Shown: one piece after another, positions 27,056 to 36,000 of the stretch
How positions within the stretch are numbered: position 1 is the first letter of the stretch
Layout: each line of letters starts with the position of its first letter
Assembly: GCA_964490325.1 (NCBI GenBank)
Contig: CAZBBX010000009.1
Coordinates: 1,859 to 65,858 of the forward strand
DNA length: 64,000 nucleotides
Direction: 5' to 3'
Source of the DNA: an uncultured Oscillospiraceae bacterium
GTDB lineage: Bacteria; Bacillota; Clostridia; Christensenellales; CAG-138
Notes under the pieces: generated by a model
Told to the model about the DNA's origin: nothing
Databases searched by the model: none
What the model saw: the letters and a program-made list of their open reading frames with translations, nothing else
Program-made: the position numbers and the translations under genes

Positions 27056-28465
27056 ATGAAACAGATCCTTATTGCCCCCCTGTCCACGCCCAAGACCCTG
27101 AGCGCGCAGGTCATGGAGAGTGTGCATAGCGCCAAGCTGCTGTATCTGCAGACCGCCAAGCATCCCTCCGCCAAGCCCGTACTGGACGCGGGGTTGGCCT
27201 TTTTCTCCATGGACGAGCTGTACGATGCAGCGAAGGACTTTGACGCGCTCAACGATGCCATTGCCGATCGACTGACGGCGGGACCCTCCTGCGTATACGC
27301 GGTGATGGGCGACGGCTGCTATGCGCAGCTTGCCGCAATCCGCCGTGCCGCCGCCGAGCGGGGCTTTGCCGTGAAGCTCTTGCCCACCGTATCCTTCAGC
27401 AAGGCGGCGTTTCCCATGGAGCAGAGCGCGCTGCGGCTTTCGGCACGGGAGCTTCCCGCCCGCTTGGAGCCGACCCTGCCCCTTTTGATCGAGGAGATCG
27501 ACACGCCCCTGACCGCAGGCGAGCTGAAGCTGCGCCTGATGAAGACCTATCCCGAGGCGCTGCAGGTCACGCTTGCGACCCTCTGCGCGGACGGGAGCTA
27601 TCGGCACAGGGAGCTGCCGCTGTACGAGCTGGATCGCGGGACGAGCTATGGCTCGGGCACGGTGCTGCTGGTACCGCCCGTTCCGTTTATGCAGCGGGAG
27701 CATTACGACTACGAGGCGCTGGTGGCGGTCATGCGCCGCCTGAGGGAGCCGGATGGCTGCCCTTGGGATCGGGAGCAGACGCACGAGAGCATCCGCAGGG
27801 ATCTGATCGAGGAGTGCTATGAGCTGATCGGCGCGATCGATGAAAAGAGCGACGAGCACATGCAGGAGGAGCTGGGCGACGTACTGATGCAGGTGGTGTT
27901 CCACGCCGAGATCGCGGCGGAGCAGGGTCGCTTCGACGAGGGAGACGTGTGCAGCGGCATCGTGCAAAAGCTCATCTATCGGCATCCCCATGTCTTTGGC
28001 GACGTGCAGGTGCAGTCCTCGGACGAGGTGCTGAAAAACTGGGACGCCCTCAAAAAGAAGGAAAAGCAGCAAAACAGCGTCTCGGAGATCATGCAGGCCA
28101 TCTCACCCTCCTTCCCCGCGCTGCTGCAGGCGCAGAAGGTGCAGCACAAGGCGCACAAGGCGGGCTTCGACTGGGACAACGCCAAGGAAGCGTTTCCGAA
28201 GATCCGTGAGGAGACCGATGAATTGGAAGCCGCCATGGCAGGGGAGGGCGACAGTAAGGAGGAGCTGGGCGATCTGTTGTTTGCCGCGGTCAATGTGGCA
28301 AGGCTCCTTGGGCTGGACGCGGAGGAGGCGCTGCACCAAGCGACCGCCAAATTCATTGCCCGCTATGCCCGTATGGAGGAGCTTGCGCGGCTTGACGGGG
28401 TCGAGCTTGCAAATAAATCGCTTTCCGAACAGGATCTGTACTGGAAAAAGGCAAAAAGTCGGTGA
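27056..28465 (+). CDS. mazG: MazG nucleotide pyrophosphohydrolase with N-terminal tetrapyrrole-methylase-like domain (YabN type)
   Basis: 469-aa ORF. The C-terminal half has tandem MazG repeats (EECYELIGAIDE..., EELGDLLFAAVNVARLLGLD). Confidence 0.88.
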   Translation: MKQILIAPLSTPKTLSAQVMESVHSAKLLYLQTAKHPSAKPVLDAGLAFFSMDELYDAAKDFDALNDAIADRLTAGPSCVYAVMGDGCYAQLAAIRRAAAERGFAVKLLPTVSFSKAAFPMEQSALRLSARELPARLEPTLPLLIEEIDTPLTAGELKLRLMKTYPEALQVTLATLCADGSYRHRELPLYELDRGTSYGSGTVLLVPPVPFMQREHYDYEALVAVMRRLREPDGCPWDREQTHESIRRDLIEECYELIGAIDEKSDEHMQEELGDVLMQVVFHAEIAAEQGRFDEGDVCSGIVQKLIYRHPHVFGDVQVQSSDEVLKNWDALKKKEKQQNSVSEIMQAISPSFPALLQAQKVQHKAHKAGFDWDNAKEAFPKIREETDELEAAMAGEGDSKEELGDLLFAAVNVARLLGLDAEEALHQATAKFIARYARMEELARLDGVELANKSLSEQDLYWKKAKSR

Positions 28466-28482
28466 AAATTTGCATTTCCCCC

Positions 28483-28511
28483 TTGATTTTGGGACAAGGT
28501 ACTGATACAAT
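28483..28511 (+). promoter_or_regulatory. promoter of hup (TTGATT-17-TACAAT)
   Basis: Hexamers at 28483-88 and 28506-11, about 40 nt upstream of the hup ATG. Confidence 0.45.
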
Positions 28512-28553
28512 AAGCAACGTTGCTTTTAGCACTATTTTAGGAGGAATTAGATA

Positions 28554-28826
28554 ATGAATAAAACCGAATTGATCGCAGTTGTCGCAGAAAAGTGCGCAGT
28601 TTCCAAGAAGAACGCCGAGAAGTCCGTCAACGCAGCCCTGTGCGGCATCACCGATGCTCTGAAGGCAGGCGAGAAGGTCTCTCTGGTCGGCTTTGGCTCC
28701 TTCGAAGCCAAGAAGCGTCCCGCTCGCAAGGGTCATAACCCCATGACCGGCGCCGAGATCGACATCGCCGCTTCCACCACCCCCGCGTTCAAGGCCGGCA
28801 AGGCTCTCAAGGACGCCCTCAACTAA
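28554..28826 (+). CDS. hup: DNA-binding protein HU
   Basis: 90-aa ORF MNKTELIAVVAEK...GFGSFEAKKRPARKGHNPMTG. Confidence 0.95.
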   Translation: MNKTELIAVVAEKCAVSKKNAEKSVNAALCGITDALKAGEKVSLVGFGSFEAKKRPARKGHNPMTGAEIDIAASTTPAFKAGKALKDALN

Positions 28827-28845
28827 GCTACAGTACAACAATATT

Positions 28846-28895
28846 AAGGCCGCCCCGTTTGCAGCACAGCTGTTCGAGGCGGCCTCTTTATTTGT
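28846..28895. terminator. bidirectional terminator hairpin between convergent hup and aminopeptidase genes
   Basis: AAGGCCGCC ... GGCGGCCT stem with an inner CAGC-aca-GCTG stem, then CTTTATTT. Confidence 0.55.
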
Positions 28896-28901
28896 ACTTG
28901 T

Positions 28902-30020
28902 TTACATCAGGTTTTCGGGATTCAGCGCCGTCAGCTCGGGCAGCACGAAGCGGCCGTCCTTGCGGATGAGCACATCGTCAAAGTAGATCTCCCCGCCGCC
29001 ATAGGCAGGCGTTTGGATCATCACCAGATCCCAGTGCTGCGCGGACTTGTTGCCGTTGTTGCAGTCGTCATAGCAGGCGCCGGGGGTGAAGTGGATGGAG
29101 CCTGCGATCTTCTCGTCAAAGAGCGTATCCTTCATCGGTTCGGTGATGTAGGGATTCACGCCGATGGCAAACTCGCCCACATAGCGCGCCCCCTCGTCAA
29201 TGTCCAGCTGCGCGTTGATGCGTGCCGTGTCGTTGGCGGTGGCCTCCACGATCCTGCCGTCACGGAACACAAAGCGGATGTCCGTGTAGGTAAAGCCGTT
29301 CTCCAAGGAGGGCGTGTTGTAATGGATCACGCCGTTGACGCTTTCGCGCACGGGGGCGGTGTAGATCTCGCCGTCGGGAATGTTCATCTCTCCCGCGCAC
29401 TTGATGGCGGGCAGACCCTTGATGGAAAAGCTTAGGTCGGTGTCGGCGGGACCCTTGAGCCGTACATGGTCGCTGCGCTCCATCAGCGCCTTCAGGGCGT
29501 CCATGGCCCTGTCCATCTTGGAGTAATCCAAGCAGCAGACCTTGAAGTAGTAATCCTCAAACGCCTCGGTGCTCCTGTCCGCAAGCTGCGCCATGGAGGG
29601 CGTGGGATAGCGCAGCACGACCCACTTGGTCTTGGGCACGCGGATCTCGCCGTGGACAGGCGTCCAGTACAGGCGCATGTACGCGTTCATGTTTTCGGAA
29701 GGAACGTCCTTGGTCTCGGAGGCGTTTTCCCCACCGCGTATGCCGATGTAGGCCTGCATGGAGGCCATCACCGCCGCGTCAAAGGCGGCCTTGCTCTTTA
29801 GCTGCGCCTCGGTGCAGCCAAGCAGCAGCTCCCGCTCGATGGACTTGTCGGTCGTCCACACAAAGGGGTTGCCGCCGACCTGATAGACCTGTCGAATGAG
29901 TGCCTTTACAAGCGCGCCGCAGTCGCCTATCCCCTCGATCAGTACGTTTTCACCCGCCTGCACGCGGCAGGAATGGTGAACAAGATTGTGCGCAAGCACG
30001 GTAATGCGCGGATCTGTCAC
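28902..30020 (-). CDS. aminopeptidase, M29 (AmpS/PepS) family
   Basis: 372 aa from GTG 30020 (GGGAGG 7 nt upstream): (M)TDPRITVLAHNLVHHSCRVQAGENVLIEG... The track ORF is over-extended to 30692. Confidence 0.85.
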   Translation of the reverse strand: MTDPRITVLAHNLVHHSCRVQAGENVLIEGIGDCGALVKALIRQVYQVGGNPFVWTTDKSIERELLLGCTEAQLKSKAAFDAAVMASMQAYIGIRGGENASETKDVPSENMNAYMRLYWTPVHGEIRVPKTKWVVLRYPTPSMAQLADRSTEAFEDYYFKVCCLDYSKMDRAMDALKALMERSDHVRLKGPADTDLSFSIKGLPAIKCAGEMNIPDGEIYTAPVRESVNGVIHYNTPSLENGFTYTDIRFVFRDGRIVEATANDTARINAQLDIDEGARYVGEFAIGVNPYITEPMKDTLFDEKIAGSIHFTPGACYDDCNNGNKSAQHWDLVMIQTPAYGGGEIYFDDVLIRKDGRFVLPELTALNPENLM

Positions 30021-30212
30021 AGCCTTTACCTCCCAACAAAATTCCTCTTTAGTATAGCGCCTTTTCAGCGCTTTCGCAAGGGAGTACGCAGCTGTAAAAA
30101 GTGTACGCAGATGCGAACGGCCTTCGCTTTTTTTCAACAAGAAGCGCTTGCTAAGCAAAAGTGCGCATGCTATACTGTGCATAGAAACATTTCCGAGAGG
30201 GGGCGGGTCGGG

Positions 30213-31577
30213 ATGCGGGACGAGTTTCATAATACGGTGCCGGAATATGCATCCTTGGACGAACCGCTGCTTACTCATGCCAAGACCACAAAAAAACGTG
30301 CCTCCGCTCTTGCGAGCTTGACCATAGCCGCAGCCGCCGTGCTTTTGATCGCGTTGGCCGCGTTTTTCCTGCTGCGCGTACGCGGAACGGTGATAGAGCG
30401 CAGCCCGCACAGCGCGACCATCGCCGTGGACGTGCACAAGTACGGCGTGGATACCGAGCTTTTGCGCTACGAGCTGTACGAAAACGGCGTTTCCATCAGC
30501 CGCTTCGAGGGAACGACTCCCGCAAAGGACGGCGAGCTGTCCTTTAGCGGCCTTAACGCCGATACCAAGTACCATCTGCATTTCTATGACGCTGACGATA
30601 CGGCGGGTGTCCTGCGCGTGGGCAGCATCTCCTTCCGCACCACCAAGGAGGGGGAGCAGCCGCAGCAGGGCATTGCCACGTCCACGCCGCAAAACGACGG
30701 GACGCCCACAGCGGGGATCGTTTCGACCGCCACACCCTCCCCCACGCCCACGGCAACGCCTGCGCCCACGGCGACTCCCACGGCAACACCTACGCCTACC
30801 CCTACGCCTACTCCAACACCCACGCCCACACCAACCCCTACGCCCACGCCCAAACCGACGCCCACGCCGATCCCCACAACGCTCTACGATGGTCCCGAGG
30901 TTATCGAGTGGGCGGTGTACTATCCCGCCGTGTATACCACGGACGACGCCAACACCTACGGCCTAAGGATCGCCTTCAAGCCGCACGACGCCACGGACAT
31001 CTCCGTGCGCTTCACGGCGGACAGCAGCGAGGTCTACAGCGTTCCTACATCGGACATGGAGTACTATTGGGACGGCGAGGCTTACTATGTGGACACGTCA
31101 AGCTTCCACGTTTCCGCCATCGGCACGCACACGGGCAGCTGCACGATCTCGTATAAGCTGGGCGGCACGGCGGCCACCACCACCAAGACCATCAGCTTTG
31201 CGGTGGGCGGACTGGTGATAGGCGATCTGTCCGCCGCGCTCATCACACCGGGAACGCCTGCGTTCTATCGGCTGCAGCTGAGCGGGCAGGGCTACACGAT
31301 CCCCGACGGTGCCTATCCCGTCATCGACTCTGTCGAATGGACGAACAGCCAAATGGGTGGAACGTACCATATCGTGCCGACAACGGCGTACAGCGTGGAC
31401 AGCGGCACAGGCGCGTTTACGCTCGACTATTCGCAGGCCTATGTGGCGGAGGGTGTGCCGGACAGCGTCAGCTTTACCGTTCGTGTGACGTATCACTGGG
31501 ATTGCCCCGACCTGTTCGGCGGCGTGAGCTATACGCGCAGCGCTACCCTTTCAAGCAGTGCCACGGTGCTTCCCTGA
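30213..31577 (+). CDS. hypothetical membrane-anchored protein with Pro/Thr-rich linker
   Basis: From ATG 30213 there is one N-terminal TM helix ([22 protein letters not shown]), then a [30 protein letters not shown] linker (about 30740-30880), then a beta-rich C-terminal region. No recognisable catalytic motif. Confidence 0.6.
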   Translation: [454 protein letters not shown]

Positions 31578-31619
31578 CCGTTTCGATCGTTTCGCAGGAT
31601 AAACTTTTAGGAGGTTCGC

Positions 31620-32585
31620 ATGAAGAAGAAACATTCCGCCGTTCGCAGCCGCTTGATCCTGGCTGCCATACTGATCGTCATACTGCTGTTCCTGTTCAAC
31701 CCGAACTGGATCCCCTTCCTCAGCGCCGAGACGCGTACGGAGGTGAGCAACCTACTGCAAAGCACCTTCCTGCAGACGGACGCTGCGGACGGCTATCCGC
31801 TGTTCTCCTGGCCAAAGATCATCACGATCCTTGCCATCGTTGCGCTGATATGGCTGATCGCAACGGTCCTAAAGCTCATCCTGGGCGTGATCTACAAAAA
31901 GCAGGAGCGCAGGCGCACGGTGACGGAGCTGCTGCTCAGCCTCATCAAGTATGCCGCCGTGCTGGTGGGCGTCATCTGGGCGCTGACCGTGGCGGGGGTC
32001 AACATCGTGGGTCTGCTGGCAGGCGTGGGCGTGATCGGCCTTGCGCTGACCTTCGGTGCGCAGAGCCTCCTGGAGGACGTCATCACGGGGATCTTCATCA
32101 TCTTCGAGGGACAGTATAAGGTCGGCGACATCATCGTGCTGGACAGCTTCCGCGGGGTGGTGAAGCATATCTCCGTGCGGACGACCACCATCGAGGACGC
32201 GGGAGGCAACCTCAAGATCATCAACAATTCCGACATCCGCAATTTGCAGAATCGTTCCGCCAACGCGTCCGTGGCCATCTGTGATCTGGGCGTACCCTAC
32301 GAGGCGCGCATCACGGATGTGGAGCTGGTGCTAAAGCGCGAGCTGCCCAAGATCCTCAACCGCAATCCCGAGCTGTTCACCGAGGTGCCCTACTATGCGG
32401 GCGTACAGGAGCTGGGCGCATCGGCGGTCATCGTGCGCGTGCTTGCCAAGGTGGAGGAGCGCAACATCTTTGTCGCGCAGCGCGCCCTCAATCGCGAGCT
32501 GAAGATCATCTGCGAGCAGAACAACATCAACATCCCCTACCAGCAGATCGTGCTGCACCAAGGGGACGGTGACAAGAACGCGTAA
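31620..32585 (+). CDS. mechanosensitive ion channel family protein (MscS-like)
   Basis: 321-aa ORF. TM helices followed by the MscS beta-domain block LLEDVITGIFIIFEGQYKVGDIIVLDSFRGVVKHISVRTTTIED. Confidence 0.88.
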   Translation: MKKKHSAVRSRLILAAILIVILLFLFNPNWIPFLSAETRTEVSNLLQSTFLQTDAADGYPLFSWPKIITILAIVALIWLIATVLKLILGVIYKKQERRRTVTELLLSLIKYAAVLVGVIWALTVAGVNIVGLLAGVGVIGLALTFGAQSLLEDVITGIFIIFEGQYKVGDIIVLDSFRGVVKHISVRTTTIEDAGGNLKIINNSDIRNLQNRSANASVAICDLGVPYEARITDVELVLKRELPKILNRNPELFTEVPYYAGVQELGASAVIVRVLAKVEERNIFVAQRALNRELKIICEQNNINIPYQQIVLHQGDGDKNA

Positions 32586-32609
32586 AGCAACATCGCTTTT
32601 TTCAAATTT

Positions 32610-32634
32610 CGAGGGGCGCAGACCCCTCTTTTTG
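32610..32634 (+). repeat. left direct repeat = terminator hairpin of the mscS-like gene (GAGGGG-cgcaga-CCCCTC-TTTTTGT)
   Basis: GAGGGGCGCAGACCCCTCTTTTT is repeated identically at 36957-36979. Marks the left border of the AT-rich island. Confidence 0.9.
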
Positions 32635-32678
32635 TTTACTTGCGGAGCAGCAGATGACTAATGTAATAGGGATTTCGA

Positions 32679-32707
32679 TTGACAAATAGCGTGTTACAAC
32701 GTAAAAT
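32679..32707 (+). promoter_or_regulatory. sigma70 consensus promoter inside the island (TTGACA-17-TAAAAT)
   Basis: TTGACA at 32679-84, 17-nt spacer, TAAAAT at 32702-07. It lies about 300 nt upstream of the 1305-aa ORF. Confidence 0.55.
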
Positions 32708-33013
32708 ATAGATAGAAAGATAACGTAAAATGAGTGTTTAGTTTATAATTACTTTAGTAATTGAACGCGGTAATACAGCAAATGGGTGGGTTATGCTGAT
32801 ATGTTGCAAGCGGATACTACGGTGCCATAATCGGAAGGATTATTTGAGGAAGGGAAAAAGCCGACCGATGTATGCCTTCTGGAAATGTTATTGGATATAG
32901 AAATCTTGAATTAGGAGCCGTATCTCGATGAGATTCTCCAAGTTCAATACACGATCAATGAGTAGTGCGTATGCATAAATTAGCAACGCTGATTATCGGA
33001 AAGGGGACATAGT

Positions 33014-36000
33014 ATGGGGGTATCTGACGGACAATACGCTCCGGAACGTGTCGAGTTGAAGGGATATCTCGCTGAATTCAGGGATGCATTGGAAGAGGAA
33101 ATCAGAGATATCGAGAAGAATGGCCAGTCTATAACATCGCTTGCGGGAGGAAGGAGAATCGGGAACCGTGGGCTTGAGTTTTGGTATCGATTTAGCGTTG
33201 AATATGCTCCCTCAATTCCGGCCGATACACCTGCTACGCTATTGATTGGAAGGGATCGATTTGATGTAACAGTTATCAGCTTTGAAGAGAATTCGATCAC
33301 AATCTCCTCTACAGTGCAACTGCCCGATCATATTGGACGTGCGCAACTTGAGAATGGTGCAACAGAATTGATGCGGCGACTAATCAAACGTATAGAGGAA
33401 AATGCAACCAAGAAAAATCCAGCCGGGGAACACATGCTTGATTGTAAGGACGGTGTTTATCCCGCCAAGCAGATACGTTCACATGATAATTTGGTTTTTG
33501 ATCCCGTCTATAACGAAGAACAGAAGCGAGCAATAAAAACCGCACTTGAGTATGATATTACATATATTTGGGGACCACCAGGAACTGGGAAAACCATGGT
33601 AATTGGTCGGATTGCCGGAGAATTGTTCCAACGGGGGCGTTCTGTACTGGTGGTCTCTCATACGAACACAGCGGTAGATGGTGCAATCGAAAAAACGGAT
33701 GAAGAGTATTCTAAGCGGCATACAACGGATGCCGCCGATTATCCAATTCTTAGATTAGGGACTCCTTCCAGATTGCTTCCCGAGCGAGTATTGCTTAAGA
33801 CGCATGTCACGAAGCTGGGAGAAAAGCTGGTAGAAAAGAAGCAAAAGCTTGAAAATGAACAAGCAAAAAAGAATGCCGAGATTGGCAGGATGCTGGATTT
33901 ACTGAAAAAAGATACTTGGGTCAAGGGCAATAAATTAGGACAAATTAAAGAGACGCTATATAATATCGCAAATCTTGAGAAGCAAGAAAGTGACATCAAG
34001 CAAAGAATAGAGAGCATTAACACAGAACTTCAACTGATAAAGGAGAATTGTCCTAAATATAGGGAGTATTGCGCGTTAGCAAAAGATTATTCGATATTGG
34101 AGAAAGAATATCGGTCTGCCTGTGATCGGTTATCTGAGGCAGAAACCATAATAGAGGAATCACCACGTTGTATACAGGAAGCCCTTGATGAAGTGAAGAA
34201 ACATGATATATATACGGCGCTGCGAGAGAAAGAAGAAACGCATATGTCGATACAGTTTCTAAATAAAGAGATATCAAAAGCAATTAGCAATATAGAAAGG
34301 CTCTCTTCTGAAAAAAACCAAATAGACGTTCGAAGAAACGAAGCTACACAAAAAATTGCAAAATACGAATTAAAGAGTTCTTTTGCAAAGGTATTTTCCG
34401 GAAAAGGTGCAATAAACGAAGCGCGTAGTTGCATGCAAGAATCAGAGATCCGTTTACAGCAGATTGAGTCTGAACTTCAGCGCACGCTAGAATTGGAACA
34501 AAGGTACAAAGATGAGATCAATGAATTATCAATTCTTAAGGAGCAGATTAAGGCTGTTAAACCTTCTAACACAGTATCATATTGGGAAGGTGAAGCGGAT
34601 ACGTTACAAAAAAAGAATAAGAAGGCAAAAGAAGAGAGAGAAGCGCTCTTATTATCCAAAAGCAGATTGGAGGATCGACTGCCTAAACTTGAAGCGCAAT
34701 GTAATGCAGCCAAAGTTCCTTTTGATTCGTTCAAAGAACTTGATAAGGATCGCCAAACAGCAGAAGGGGGGCTAAAGAGAATAAAAGACACCATTATGCG
34801 CGCACACAGTAGGTGTCAACAGCAACTTAGTGAAGAATACTCTCAGTGCTCTGCTTTTTCTGATATTGCTAAGGGAGGATCGAACAAGGAACTATTTGAC
34901 ATTTTGTGTACTCAGCTAAATATGGTTCGGAATGAAGTGAAAGGATGCAATCCGGAAGAACTTCAGAAACATATAGCTCAATTAGAAAAGGAACTGAATT
35001 CTGTTTCCAAACAGATGGACGAGATTAGGGAGAAATTGCTGGAGCTGGAAAAACAAGCCGTTATGAAAGCAAGCATTATTGGCTGCACATTGGCAAAATC
35101 GTATTTAAGTGACGTATTGCGCCAAAGAACTTTTGATACGGTTATACTTGATGAGGCATCGATGGCATCAATCCCTGCACTCTGGTGTGCCGGTTACCTT
35201 GCTGTAAATTGTTTTGTGATCGTTGGTGATTTTCTTCAGCTTCCGCCCATTGTGTTAGCATCAACACCTATGGCACGTAAATGGCTTGGAAAGGACATTT
35301 TCTATCATAGCGGCATGCAGGCAAAGGCGAAAGGCACGAATGAAATACCCGTAAATTTCGTGATGCTCGATAGACAGTATCGCATGGAATCTGACATAGC
35401 AGACATATCAAACATGTATTATGGACAGTATAAAAGGCTAAGATCTGATGATATAGCAACATGCAGAATTGAAGGACGTCAAAACTTCTACAAGTGGTGT
35501 TCCGAGAAGGAGAATGCCCCCCATGTTCACCTGATTGATACGGAAAGCCTTCATGCATGGGTTACGGGCGTTCGCAGACCAAAAGGTCATAGCCGACTAA
35601 ATTGCTTTTCCGCCGCGGTCGATGTTGATTTAGCGTTTAGTTTGCTGAAAAATAAACTTCTTGCACTTGATCCCAATACCGCAAAACCAGTAACAGAATC
35701 ATCGATTCTTATTGTGGCGCCATACAAACCGCATGTAAAACGGCTCAGTAAGTTAATTGAACTAGAGTATCGGAATCGCGGCTTCAAAGAAGACCTAAAC
35801 TATATTCGTGCCGGGACCATTCACAGTTTTCAGGGAAGCGAAGCTGATATTGTAATATTTGATCTTGTGATTGATGAACCACACTGGAAGGCGAATTTGT
35901 TTATGACGGAATCGGGTATTAATGATGATCTTCGAAAGATGTTTAATGTGGCAATTACAAGAGCAAAGTATCAATTGTTCATTGTGGGTAATTTTGCATA

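Noticed and set aside
26888-28072. 394-aa minus-strand ORF overlapping mazG. The same judgement applies to similar long antisense ORFs at 19199-20332, 13928-14920, 40594-41895, 59375-60451, 61869-62954, 62828-63982, 25598-26464, 43942-44949 and 53247-54413
   Set aside because: All lie opposite well-supported genes, lack recognisable motifs and show the Arg/Ala/Gly/His-rich bias of high-GC antisense frames.
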